Shown: positions 42,875-58,222, counted from the first letter of the stretch. The stretch is DNA of 64,000 nt from Eledone cirrhosa (GCA_964016885.1 OZ024740.1:225618001-225682000), one strand, 5' to 3'. Numbers and translations: made by a program. Notes: generated by a model not told the origin, from the letters alone.

Positions 42875-44560
42875 TCTCCTTATAATATATAACCAGCAAT
42901 TTCTCTGTCTGTCTGTCCGACGCGTAGAGAGAGAGAGTGAGAGTGAAAGAAAGAGACAGACTACAAGAGGGGGATAGCGGGAGGGAGAGAGAGAGACGCT
43001 GGAAGAGGGGAAGGAAAGCCATGTCTTGCTGTCTGCATTACGATACATATATATATATACACACACACACTGAGCGCGTCATAATGACGTAATGCAGACA
43101 GCCAGACATACAGACAGATATTATAAGGGCGCAACGTTATATCTATGTATCTATCTAAAAAGAAAGACTAAGAATTATATAGAGAGAACGCTAAATCGCC
43201 TAATGCGGTCCCTAGGGCATTGAAAATTTGAAATAAATTTTGCTCAAAACACTCACAGGACCATAAGTATTACATGTCTAAAGTTTGAAAACAATCGGTT
43301 GGATGGTTCTCAAGTTTTAGTGAGCTGACAGACAGACATTCTCTGTTTTAGATATATAGACTAGCAGAAAACCGCCCAACGCGTGGTTTTCTGCTAGTCT
43401 ATATATATAAAACTAAGGATGTCTGTCTGTGTGTGTGTGTGAGTTTGAATCCTTAAAACTCAAGAACCACCCAACCGACTGTTTTCAAACTTTACATATG
43501 TAACACTTATGTTTCAGGGAGTGTTCTGAGCAAAAGATATTTCAAATTTTCAATGCCATAAGGATCGCATTAGGCGATTTAGCGATCTCTCTCTATAATT
43601 CTTAGTCTTTCTCTTTTTAGATAGACACATACATATAACGTCGCGGCCTTATAATACCTGTCTGTATGTCTGTCTGCATTACGTCACTTCCCACAATTCT
43701 GTCTGCGTCCAGAACGCACCCTTAAAATATATGTCTGTATGTCTGGCTGTCTGCTGCCTCCAGTTATTTCGGCACCCTTGCTCAAGATAAATCTCACACT
43801 CATTCCCCAAACAGTTGGTAAGTGCACACAACTTCTACCTCACGTTTTAAGCCACAGTGTTGCTTACTTACGTACCACCAGACCATTACTTCTTTGCCAG
43901 CCGTGGTTGTGGCAATACTAAGGTTAGCTAAGGAGGTTATATATTTCACACAACACTAAAAATTAAAGCTGGTAAAGAAAAACATCGCTATAATAGCTTG
44001 GGTTTTCAGTGTTGCTTACTTACGTGCCTTTACGAGAACAAAGGTTACTCAGGGAGTGTTATGCACATAAAAAATTCAAATTTTGATTCCCTAGGGACCG
44101 CATTAGGTGAAAAACTGTGTTTTTTCAGCTTTTTAGGGGTATTTTGTGGTGTTAGGTCAGACAGATTTCCTTGAAATTGTAACTATGTATTAGTCAGTCT
44201 CTTCTTCATAATGTGAGCAAAGAAAATCCAACTTTTTTCATCGCCTAAGGCTAGCATTAGCTGAAAAACTTCATTTTATTCAGCTTTTAGGGCCTTTTTG
44301 AGGCGTTACGTCTAGCCGATTTTCTAGAAATTTCAAGGTATATTATGCACATAAAAAAATTCATTTCCTTAATGCATTAGGTGAAAACCTGCATTTTTCC
44401 TGCTTCATCGAGGAATATCTTCAAGATTATCCAGCCATCAGAGTATTCGGTTTATTTTCTTTACATATTGTCGGGGCATGCAGTTTTTCCACGATTAGGT
44501 CTGTTGGCGGCCCGCGTTCCAAAATACCTTATCCCGTGCAACGCCAGGTACCAATGCTAG
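42875..44560. mobile_element. Composite of non-autonomous Helitron-like elements, including a plus copy at 43398-44560 and an inverted partial copy at about 43085-43360
   Basis: 5' TCTATATATATAAAACT..GATGTCTGTCTGT; 3' CCCGTGCAACGCCAGG..GCTAGT; (CTGT)n tracts. Central palindrome CTAGCAGAAAACC-11nt-GGTTTTCTGCTAG. Confidence 0.75.
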
Positions 44561-44679
44561 TATATTATAAAGAACGAGGAATCAGAGTTGCATTATCTCA
44601 CATTTATTACATATGTTCATATATCACATATTACATATGTTTCCTCGTCGATCAGCTCGAGGCAACATCTGTGACAGAA

Positions 44680-44684
44680 TATAT

Positions 44685-44732
<48 letters not shown>

Positions 44733-44747
44733 ATGTATGTATGTATG

Positions 44748-44780
<33 letters not shown>

Positions 44781-44815
44781 ATGTATGTATGTATATGTAT
44801 GTATGTATATGTATG

Positions 44816-44858
<43 letters not shown>

Positions 44859-44897
44859 ATGTATGTATGTATATATATATATGTATGTATATGTATG

Positions 44898-44942
<45 letters not shown>

Positions 44943-44951
44943 GTATGTATG

Positions 44952-45028
<77 letters not shown>

Positions 45029-45034
45029 ATGTAT

Positions 45035-45066
<32 letters not shown>

Positions 45067-45069
45067 ATG

Positions 45070-45100
<31 letters not shown>

Positions 45101-45157
45101 ATGTATGTATGTATGTATATATATATATATATATATATACATATGTATGTATATATG

Positions 45158-45188
<31 letters not shown>

Positions 45189-45338
45189 ATATGTATGTAT
45201 GTATGTATATATATATATGTATGTATGTATATATGTATGTATGTATATATATATGTATGTATGTATATATATATGTATGTATATATATATATGTATGTAT
45301 ATATATATATGTATGTATATATATATATATATATATGC

Positions 45339-45375
<37 letters not shown>

Positions 45376-45459
45376 TGTATGTATATATATATGTATGTAT
45401 ATATATATATATGTATGTATATATATATATATGGATGTATATATATATATACATGTATG

Positions 45460-45490
<31 letters not shown>

Positions 45491-45545
45491 GTATGTATAT
45501 ATATATGTATGTATATATATATGTATGTATATATATATATGTATG

Positions 45546-45596
<51 letters not shown>

Positions 45597-45750
45597 GTAT
45601 GTATGTATGTATGTATATATATGTATGTATGTATATATATATGTATGTATGTATATATATATGTATGTATGTATATATATATGTATGTATATATATATAT
45701 ATATATTATGTATATATATATGTATGTATATATATATATATATATGTATG

Positions 45751-45781
<31 letters not shown>

Positions 45782-45954
45782 GTATGTATGTATATATATA
45801 TGTATGTATATATATATGTATGTATATATATATATATATGTATATATATATGTATGTATGTATGTATATATATATGTATGTATGTATGTATATATATATG
45901 TATGTATGTATATATATATGTATATATATATATGTGTATGTATATATATATATG

Positions 45955-46008
<54 letters not shown>

Positions 46009-46041
46009 TATATACATATATATATATATACATATATATAC

Positions 46042-46074
<33 letters not shown>

Positions 46075-46161
46075 CATACATATATATATATACATACATA
46101 TATATATACATACATATATATATACATACATATATATATACATACATATATATATACATAC

Positions 46162-46192
<31 letters not shown>

Positions 46193-46283
46193 CATACATA
46201 CATATATATATATACATACATATATATATAAATATATATATACATACATATATATATATATACATACATATATATATACATAC

Positions 46284-46353
<70 letters not shown>

Positions 46354-46355
46354 GT
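44680..46355. repeat. About 1.7-kb (TA)n/(TATG)n array whose polarity switches to (TACA) near 45990
   Basis: Direct sequence. Confidence 0.97.
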
Positions 46356-46552
46356 AGATAAATCTACCAAGAGTTTACGGTAGTGTCCAATCCGTATGAA
46401 GAACTCAATGTATTCCGGATATCATGGAAAGAAGAGATGTAATGAAAAATCACTTTCGGTGAAAGATAAACGGAATACAGAGTCAAGATAAAATATTAAA
46501 CAAATAATGAATAAAACAATGAAACAGTTCCTTATATTAAACAAAAAAAGTT

Positions 46553-46703
46553 CATTATTTAACGATCGTTTCTAGGATATATATGTGTTAGAATTGGCAT
46601 GCATATTCAACAGATCTATGTACAAAATTATACAAAATTATACAAACTATCAAGATTAAATATACATACCAAACACACATATATGCCGTCTTCAGAAATA
46701 ATA
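46553..46703 (-). ncRNA. Type I hammerhead ribozyme with about 115-nt extended stem II, in a 350-bp island between TA arrays
   Basis: UAUUAUUU-CUGAAGA-CGGCAUAUAUGUGU...ACACAUAUAUAUCCUA-GAAAC-GAUC-GUU/AAAUAAUG: 7-8 bp stem I, palindromic stem III ACGAUCGU. Confidence 0.72.
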
Positions 46704-46718
46704 TATATATATACATAC

Positions 46719-46818
<100 letters not shown>

Positions 46819-46823
46819 GTATG

Positions 46824-46876
<53 letters not shown>

Positions 46877-46967
46877 GTATGTATATATATATGTATGTAT
46901 ATATATATATATGTATGTATATATATATGTATATATATATGTATGTATATATATATATGTATGTATG

Positions 46968-46998
<31 letters not shown>

Positions 46999-47141
46999 GT
47001 ATGTATATATATATGTATGTATATATATATGTATGTATATATATATGTATGTATATATATATGTATGTATATATATATATGTATGTATATATATATATAT
47101 GTATATATATATGTATATATATATATATATGTATATATATG

Positions 47142-48730
<1,589 letters not shown>

Positions 48731-48733
48731 GTA

Positions 48734-48780
<47 letters not shown>

Positions 48781-48853
48781 GTATATATATATATATATGT
48801 ATATATATGTATATATATATATATGTATATATATGTATATATGTATATATATG

Positions 48854-48884
<31 letters not shown>

Positions 48885-48899
48885 GTATATATATATATC

Positions 48900-48930
<31 letters not shown>

Positions 48931-48933
48931 GTG

Positions 48934-48966
<33 letters not shown>

Positions 48967-48995
48967 GTATATATATATATGTATATATATATATG

Positions 48996-49026
<31 letters not shown>

Positions 49027-49287
49027 GTATATGTATATATATATGTATATACATATATATATATATATATATATGTGTATATATATATGTATATACATAT
49101 ATATATATATATATGTATATACATATATATATATATATGTGTATATATATATATATATGTATGTGAATATAGACATAGAATATTCGAAAATATTCTGTAT
49201 GTTTATAATAAACATTTTGAAGACATAATCGCTATAGAATAGAATACGTCACGTATTACAATTAGATTCTCGATAAAAGCAAGGGAA

Positions 49288-49330
49288 GTAATCTACGCGT
49301 TTCATTCTTGTTAGAACTCATCAGGACTAC
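49288..49330 (-). ncRNA. Minimal type I hammerhead ribozyme (310-bp monomer)
   Basis: Reverse complement of GTAGTC-CTGATGA-GTTC-TAACAA-GAAT-GAAAC-GC-GTA-GATTAC. Confidence 0.92.
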
Positions 49331-49597
49331 ATATCCAGTGCTTTTATCGAGAATGACACAGCTAGAGACTTATAGAATACTTAGCTGTGTACAGGAACTG
49401 GTTTGAAAGAGCGGTTGCCGGTCCGGCAGAAATTAGAAATTGGAATGAATGCTCTGAAATAGCGATATATATGTGAATATAGACATAGAATATTCGAAAA
49501 TATTCTGTATGTTTATAATAAACATTTTGAAGACATAATCGCTATAGAATAGAATACGTCACGTATTACAATTAGATTCTCGATAAAAGCAAGGGAA

Positions 49598-49640
49598 GTA
49601 ATCTACGCGTTTCATTCTTGTTAGAACTCATCAGGACTAC
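49598..49640 (-). ncRNA. Minimal type I hammerhead ribozyme (310-bp monomer)
   Basis: Same motif. Confidence 0.92.
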
Positions 49641-49815
49641 ATATCCAGTGCTTTTATCGAGAATGACACAGCTAGAGACTTATAGAATACTTAGCTGTGT
49701 ACAGGAACTGGTTTGAAAGAGCGGTTGCCGGTCCGGCAGAAATTAGAAATTGGAATAAATGCTATAAATTCTATAAGTCTCTAGCTGTGTCATTCTCGAT
49801 AAAAGCACTGGATAT

Positions 49816-49858
49816 GTAGTCCTGATGAGTTCTAACAAGAATGAAACGCGTAGATTAC
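49816..49858 (+). ncRNA. Minimal type I hammerhead ribozyme (310-bp monomer)
   Basis: Stem I GUAGUC/GAUUAC, core CUGAUGA, stem II GUUC/GAAU, GAAA, palindromic stem III ACGCGU, GUA triplet; cleavage predicted after A49852. Confidence 0.93.
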
Positions 49859-50125
49859 TTCCCTTGCTTTTATCGAGAATCTAATTGTAATACGTGACGT
49901 ATTCTATTCTATAGCGATTATGTCTTCAAAATGTTTATTATAAACATACAGAATATTTTCGAATATTCTATGTCTATATTCACATATATATCGCTATTTC
50001 AGAGCATTCATTCCAATTTCTAATTTCTGCCGGACCGGCAACCGCTCTTTCAAACCAGTTCCTGTACACAGCTAAGTATTCTATAAGTCTCTAGCTGTGT
50101 CATTCTCGATAAAAGCACTGGATAT

Positions 50126-50168
50126 GTAGTCCTGATGAGTTCTAACAAGAATGAAACGCGTAGATTAC
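50126..50168 (+). ncRNA. Minimal type I hammerhead ribozyme (310-bp monomer)
   Basis: Same motif. Confidence 0.92.
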
Positions 50169-50435
50169 TTCCCTTGCTTTTATCGAGAATCTAATTGTAA
50201 TACGTGACGTATTCTATTCTATAGCGATTATGTCTTCAAAATGTTTATTATAAACATACAGAATATTTTCGAATATTCTATGTCTATATTCACATATATA
50301 TCGCTATTTCAGAGCATTCATTCCAATTTCTAATTTCTGCCGGACCGGCAACCGCTCTTTCAAACCAGTTCCTGTACACAGCTAAGTATTCTATAAGTCT
50401 CTAGCTGTGTCATTCTCGATAAAAGCACTGGATAT

Positions 50436-50478
50436 GTAGTCCTGATGAGTTCTAACAAGAATGAAACGCGTAGATTAC
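50436..50478 (+). ncRNA. Minimal type I hammerhead ribozyme (310-bp monomer)
   Basis: Same motif. Confidence 0.92.
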
Positions 50479-50745
50479 TTCCCTTGCTTTTATCGAGAAT
50501 CTAATTGTAATACGTGACGTATTCTATTCTATAGCGATTATGTCTTCAAAATGTTTATTATAAACATACAGAATATTTTCGAATATTCTATGTCTATATT
50601 CACATATATATCGCTATTTCAGAGCATTCATTCCAATTTCTAATTTCTGCCGGACCGGCAACCGCTCTTTCAAACCAGTTCCTGTACACAGCTAAGTATT
50701 CTATAAGTCTCTAGCTGTGTCATTCTCGATAAAAGCACTGGATAT

Positions 50746-50788
50746 GTAGTCCTGATGAGTTCTAACAAGAATGAAACGCGTAGATTAC
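50746..50788 (+). ncRNA. Minimal type I hammerhead ribozyme (310-bp monomer)
   Basis: Same motif. Confidence 0.92.
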
Positions 50789-51010
50789 TTCCCTTGCTTT
50801 TATCGAGAATCTAATTGTAATACGTGACGTATTCTATTCTATAGCGATTATGTCTTCAAAATGTTTATTATAAACATACAGAATATTTTCGAATATTCTA
50901 TGTCTATATTCACATATATATCGCTATTTCAGAGCATTCATTCCAATATATATGTATATATATATATATATATATATGTATATACATATATATATATATA
51001 TATGTATATA

Positions 51011-51086
<76 letters not shown>

Positions 51087-51096
51087 TATATGTATA

Positions 51097-51579
51097 TAAA
51101 AATAAAAATAAAAATAATAAAATAAACAATGAAAAATAAGGGGTGCTATCAGTCACAGTTGGGCGGGGTGCTGTCAACATATAGTTACATACAAGCATAC
51201 ACATGGATAAGAGAACAGACAAGAGTAGATAAGATAGATAGGATTAGGTAAGAGTAGGTAAAAAATAGGTGAAAAACAGACTTATAATATATATAAGAAA
51301 ATATTTAAAAAAAAATATATAACAAACTTACATATAAAATATAAAATATACAGATAATAGTGATACAGGGTAAGGAATGAAATAAAATAATATAAAATTA
51401 AGATTAAAATTATATAAAATAGAACATAATATAATATAATCATAAAATAAGATAAAATAAGGTAAACTAAAATAAAATTAAATAGACTAAAGTAAAATAA
51501 TATAATATAAGATATAATTAAATGTAATTAAATAAATAAATAAATAAAATTAAATAAATAAATAAAATTAAAATTAAAA

Positions 51580-51611
<32 letters not shown>

Positions 51612-54207
51612 GTAAATAAATAAATAAATAAATGAAATTAAATAAATAAATAAATAAAATTAAATAAAATGAAATGAAATAAAATAAAATGAAATAAAGT
51701 AAATTGAGATAAGATATATATTTTTTTAGAATATATCTCTTGAATATATCAGGGGCCCACGAAGGCACTAAGTGTCACAGTTATCTGTATCACTTGACCA
51801 TTTTTTTAGAATATATTTCTTGAAAATATCAGGGGCCCACGAAGGCACTAAGTGTCACAGTCACCAGTATCACTTGACCATTGCAAGGCAATGGAGGCGT
51901 CCCAGGTTGGGCAGTCTCAAAAGTTCACTCGAAAGTCACGGGTGTGCATTCACACAGTTGAGCGGTGGGGTAATCACAAACCGGTTCACACCCGGGCAGG
52001 AGTCCAATGGTCAAACAGAGGTGCATCGAAGGAAGGTAGGAGAATTCACGTGCAGTAGCAAGAGGCCGAAAGCGAGGTGCAGGCGGGTTAGCCAAAGCAA
52101 GCAGACACAGTTGGAGCGCATACAAAAGATATATAAAAAGACAAAAGATATATAAAAAATAGCTTCAAGAGCCATGAAGTCACCGCATTGGGACATCACA
52201 ACATTGTACACACCAATATGTTCAGCACGTATATGCACATATACACACCACATGCATATGCAGAGACGGTATACATATATATATATTTTTTTATATACAG
52301 ACATATACAACCACCTACACCCATACACATATAAATGTATACACAGACACACACGCACACACACACAGCGTAGGACACCCGGGTCAAAGCTGATATTAAA
52401 CACAGAAATACCACATTAGGCAAGACCCACCACCACGGATAATACGTTCAAAATAAATACATACGATGAGATGTAGTAAAATAAAATTGATCCTACGGAG
52501 ATAATCATGTCCGCACGTGCCATTGCCCGATTTAAGTGTACACAGACCGTTAGTAACTACGGAGGGCTATCGGGGCCAAAACGTTACTTTCGGGATCATA
52601 ACAACGACCGTCAATATATAGAAGGCCGATCGTGCTAGAAAGACTTGTATGGGTGTAGGTGGTTGTATATGTCTGTATATAAAAAAAAATATATATATGT
52701 ATACCGTCTCTGCATATGCATGTGGTGTGTATATGTGCATATACGTGCTGAACATATTGGTGTGTACAATCTTGTGATGTCCCAATGCGGTGACTTCATG
52801 GCTCTTGAAGCTATTTTTTATATATCTTTTGTCTTTTTATATATCTTTTGTATGCGCTCCAACTGTGTCTGCTTGCTTTGGCTAACCCGCCTGCACCTCG
52901 CTTTCGGCCTCTTGCTACTGCACGTGAATTCTCCTACCTTCCTTCGATGCACCTCTGTTTGACCATTGGACTCCTGCCCGGGTGTGAACCGGTTTGTGAT
53001 TACCCCACCGCTCAACTGTGTGAATGCACACCCGTGACTTTCGAGTGAACTTTTGAGACTGCCCAACCTGGGACGCCTCCATTGCCTTGCAATGGTCAAG
53101 TGATACTGGTGACTGTGACACTTAGTGCCTTCGTGGGCCCCTGATATTTTTAAGAAATATATTCTAAAAAAATGGTCAAGTGATACAGATAACTGTGACA
53201 CTTAGTGCCTTCGTGGGCCCCTGATATATTCAAGAGATATATTCTAAACAAATATATATCTTATCTCAATTTACTTTATTTCATTTTATTTTATTTCATT
53301 TCATTTTATTTAATTTTATTTATTTATTTATTTAATTTCATTTATTTATTTATTTATTTACTTATTTATTTATTTATTTATTTAATTTTAATTTTAATTT
53401 TATTTATTTATTTAATTTTATTTATTTATTTATTTATTTATTTAATTACATTTAATTATATCTTATATTATATTATTTTACTTTAGTCTATTTTATTTTA
53501 TTTTAGTTTACCTTATTTTATCTTATTTTATGATTATATTATATTATGTTCTATTTTATATAACTTTAATCTTAATTTTATATTATTTTATTTCATTCCT
53601 TACCCTGTATCACTATTATCTGTATATTTTATATTTTATATGTAAGTTTGTTATATATATATTTTTTTTTTATATTTTCTTATATATATTATAAGTCTGT
53701 TTTTCACCTATTTTTTACCTACTCTTACCTAATCCTATCTATCTTATCTACTCTTGTCTGTTCTCTTATCCATGTGTATGCTTGTATGTAACTATATGTT
53801 GACAGCACACCGCCCAACTGTGACTGATAGCACCCCTTATTTTTCATTGTTTATTTTATTATTTTTATTTTTATTTTTATTTTTATTTTTATTTTTATTT
53901 TTATTTTTATTTTTATTTTTATTTTTATTTTTATTTTTATTTTTATTTTTATTTTTATTTTTATTTTTATTTTTATTTTTATTTTTATTTTTATTTTTAT
54001 TTTTATTTTTATTCTTATTTGTACTTTTACTTCCTTAATATCCTTTATCTTCTATTATTTTTCATTCTTCAATGTCTTGGATTTGTTATTGCTTGTGTGG
54101 TATGTAATTAACCTTTATGCTCTGATGAGTCTCACTTATAGTGCGGATGAAACAATGTTAGCAAGTAAAGATATGCATATGCTATAGGCGTTCTTTGTTA
54201 TTTATTA
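51097..54207. mobile_element. HHR-terminated non-coding element with about 1.23-kb inverted arms (51097-52327 / 52646-53885) and a 318-bp spacer, flanked by (TA)n
   Basis: Mirror-image ORFs in the track (51772..52155+ versus 52818..53201-). Internal 80-bp tandem duplication at about 51720/51800, (TTTTTA)n tract at 53860-54012, HHR near the right end. Confidence 0.88.
54118..54163 (+). ncRNA. Type I hammerhead ribozyme
   Basis: UGCU-CUGAUGA-GUC-U-CACU-UAU-AGUG-CG-GAU-GAAAC-AAU-GUU/AGCA. Confidence 0.8.
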
Positions 54208-54329
54208 TATGTATATATATATATGTATATATGTATGTATATATATATATATATATATATGTATATGTATATATGTATGTATATGTATATATGTATGTAT
54301 ATGTATATATGTATGTATATATGTATGTG

Positions 54330-54360
<31 letters not shown>

Positions 54361-54663
54361 ATGTATATATGTATGTATATGTATATATGTATGTATATAT
54401 GTATATGTATATATGTATGTATATGTATAATTGTATGTATATATATATATATGTATGTAAATGTATATATGTATGTATATGTATATATGTATGTATATAT
54501 GTATATGTATATATGTATGTATATGTATATATGTATGTATATATATATATGTATATATGTATGTATATATATATATGTATGTATATGTATATATGTATGT
54601 ATATGTATATATGTATGTATATATGTATATGTATGTATATATATATAAATATATATGTATATG

Positions 54664-54709
<46 letters not shown>

Positions 54710-54766
54710 TATATATATATATGTATATATGTATGTATATATATATATATGTATATATGTATGTAT

Positions 54767-54807
<41 letters not shown>

Positions 54808-55193
54808 TATATATGTATGTATGTAAATATGTATGTATGTATATATATATATATGTATGTATGTGTATGTATGTATGTATATATATATATATGTATGTAT
54901 ATGTATATATGTATGTATATATATATATGTATGTAAATATGTATGTATGTATATATATATATGTATGTATGTGTATGTATGTATGTATGTATATATATAT
55001 ATATGTATGTATGTATATGTATGTATATATATGTATGTATGTGTATGTATGTATATATATATATATATATATATGTATATGTATGTATATATATATATAT
55101 ATATGTATGTGTATGTATGTATATATATATATATATATGTATGTGTATGTATGTATATATATATATATATGTATGTATATGTATGTATATATG

Positions 55194-55252
<59 letters not shown>

Positions 55253-55355
55253 GTATATATATATATATGTATATATATATGTATATATATATATATGTAT
55301 ATATATATGTATATTTATATATATATGTATGTATATATATATGTATATATATAGG

Positions 55356-55450
<95 letters not shown>

Positions 55451-55505
55451 GTATATATATATATATATGTATATATATATGTATATATATATATATATAT
55501 ATATG

Positions 55506-55555
<50 letters not shown>

Positions 55556-55637
55556 GTATATATATATGTGTATATATATATGTGTATATGTATATATATA
55601 TGTATATATATATATATGTATATATATATGTGTATAT

Positions 55638-55675
<38 letters not shown>

Positions 55676-55688
55676 GTATATATATATG

Positions 55689-55719
<31 letters not shown>

Positions 55720-55720
55720 G

Positions 55721-55810
<90 letters not shown>
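54208..55810. repeat. About 1.6-kb (TA)n/(TATG)n array
   Basis: Direct sequence. Confidence 0.97.
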
Positions 55811-58222
55811 CTCTTTTACTCTTTTACTCTTTTACCTGTTTCAGCCATCCGGCTGAGGCCATGCTGGGGCACCGCCCTTGTTGCTACACATTTTATCTCC
55901 AGCCTGTATAGGTTGGCCACTGGTGTAGGAGGGAGTTTGTTGCTGCTGCCCTTAGGTTTCCCTCGTGTCTTGCTGTGGGCTCATCCGGGATCCTGGATAA
56001 CAAGGTGTCGAGATGTTTCTTAAAGACATCCACCTCCACGTCATGCAAGTCTCGCAGATGCCTCGGCAGCCTGTTGAAGAGTTGAGGGCCCTTGAATCCC
56101 AGGCTATTGCAATACCTGCTCCTTATTCTAGATGTGGAAGACGGGACCTTTGGCACCACACAGTGACGTCCTGTTCGACGGTTGGTCCAGCTCCCAATGC
56201 CAAAGTTTGGTGCTAGTCCCTCCAGGATTTTCCACATGTAGATCTCTGCGTATCTCTCCCGTCTTCGCTCCAAGGAGTAGAGGTTCAGTTCCTTCAGCCT
56301 CTCCCAGTAGCTTGTCTCCCTCATCTTGGCAATCCTCTTGGTGTAGCTTCGCTGGATTGCCTCAAGCTCTGTGGTTAGTTTGACACTATGGGGTGACCAC
56401 AGCTGGGAGCAGTAGTCCAGGCGGCTTAGGACAAAAGTCCTCCACAGTGTCAACATGGTGTCTCGATCTCTTGTAAGGAAAGTCCTCAAGATCCAGCCAG
56501 CGAATCGTCTACATGCTGTCGCCACCTTCATGATGTGTGAAGAAAAAGATGCATCATCGCTCATGTCTATGCCCAGGTCTCGTATCGATTTTGACACGGG
56601 GATATCGGTCCCTCCTGGTCCTGTGTAGCTGTGTTCCGCTATATTTGTGTTTGTGTTTGCAGGTTTGTATTGTAGGGCTTGGAATTTGCCAGCATTAAAC
56701 TGCATGTTGTTTTCTTCCGCCCATCTGTATATGGCATCCAGATCCTGCTGTAAGAGGGCAGCGTCAGCCGGGTTTTTGATTGCCTGTGCTACCTTAGTGT
56801 CATCAGCATAGCTAGTGAGGGATGTTGTTGCATGCACCACAGAAGGCATGTCCGAGAGAGCCACCAAAAACAGTAGTGGTCCCAGGACTGTCCCCTGAGG
56901 CACCCCACTTGTTATCGGTGTTTCCCTCGAGAGGGCCCCATTTGCTGCGACTGCCTGGCTTCTGTCCCTTAAGAAGCCATGCAGCCACTCACCTACTTTT
57001 CCAGTTATGCCGAGTCCGTGTAGTTTGTGACATATCATTCCGTGGTCGACCTTGTCAAAGGCCTTCGCAAAGTCAAGATATATCACGTCTACATGTGAGC
57101 TGTCTAGTAGTTGTCTCAGTACCCAGTCGTAGTGATGTAGCAGCTGTGTAAGGCAGCTTCTTCCTGGGCGGAAGCCATGTTGCGTGCTAGTCAGGCGGTC
57201 ATTTTCTTCGAGGAAAGTGATTAGTTTCTTTCTGACGACTCGCTCCATGACCTTACTGATATGCGACGTCAGGGAGACTGGCCTATAGCTCTTGGCCTCC
57301 GCTCTACTACCTCCTTTATGGATAGGGCATATTGTGCCTTCTTTCAGCTCCCTGGGTAGTACACCGCTAGCCAAGGAGCTTCTGAAGAGCATCTTCAGTG
57401 GAGTTGCTAAGGCCCGCTTACATATTTTTAGGAGAACTGCTGGGAATCCATCAGGTCCAGCAGCCGAGTCTGTTCTAATTTCATCAATGGCGTACACCAC
57501 ATCCTCCTCATGTTATGTCTATGTGGTTGATGGTTGCCATTTCTTGATGTAGTGTTGTGGCATCAAATAACTCCTCTGGCTTCGTTATTTGCATGTGCCT
57601 CAGTGGACATGTGAAGACACTTTTGTACTGTTCGTTCAGTATTTCACATATCTCTTGGGGATTTTCGGTTAATGAACCGTCCGTGTGGAAGAGTGGTCCA
57701 ATCTTGCAGTGTACTGAGGCAGTTTCTTTTGCAAATTTAAAGAACGCCTTAGGGTTTGTTTTAATGTTTTCTATGGCCCTGTTCTCTTTTCTTGCCCTCT
57801 CATTCTCATGTGAAAGCTTGAGTGCAATCTCGGTGTCAAGTAGTGCACGTTTCAAATAGGATTCCTTCTTGTTTTGGTTTTGTTGACTATTCAACTGGTT
57901 TGAGAGTTTAGTTCTACGTCTCATAAGGATTTTCCTATCTCTGGGAATAAGATTTTTGTGTCTGTTTGCCTCTTTCTCCGGGACACACTTATTGCATATG
58001 GTGTGTATCGTTGTCATGAAGTGTTGAAATTGTGTGTTAGTGTCTTGTGTGGCGATGTTTGCACTCCATGTTTGCTTCCGGATTTCACTCTTAATCTTCT
58101 TCCAGTCAGCCCCGTAGAAGTTAAGGCTGGATAGCGTCCCGGAGCTTCTTGGTGGTTTTGTCTCTGTTGGTTCTCTTGGACCACATATCATTAGCTCTAC
58201 CAAGTTATGATCCGAGAGAATT
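55811..58222 (-). mobile_element. LINE family B (CR1/L2 group), 5'-truncated; RT ORF 55893-57500 plus frameshifted linker 57508-58203
   Basis: AAGPDGFP, YRPVSLTS, QHGFRPGRSC, YLDFAKAFDKVDH, SGVPQGTVLGP, YADDTK. 3' stem-loop TCAGCC/GGCTGA and (AGTAAAAG)n tail abutting (TA)n. Confidence 0.96.

Larger units (their letters stand above)
49160..50947. mobile_element. Retrozyme-like tandem array, 310-bp monomer: about 2 copies on minus (49160-49767), then about 3.8 copies on plus (49768-50947); flanked by (TA)n
   Basis: Landmarks at 49161/49471 and 49771/50081/50391/50701; essentially identical copies, one minimal HHR each. Confidence 0.94.

Noticed and set aside
44536-46383. Long ORFs rich in Y/I/C/V/M/H/T (also 31124-32257, 46599-47282, 54195-55856, 61368-63765 and others)
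   Set aside because: Translations of (TA)n/(TG)n/(TATG)n microsatellites, which lack stop codons; not genes.
49160-50947. CRISPR array or ordinary satellite interpretation of the tandem arrays
   Set aside because: No unique spacers or cas genes and a eukaryotic context. Low copy number, one HHR per unit and an internal inversion fit ribozyme retroelements better.
51772-53201. Mirror-image 127-aa ORFs
   Set aside because: A product of the inverted repeat; non-ATG start and no domain similarity that I recognise.
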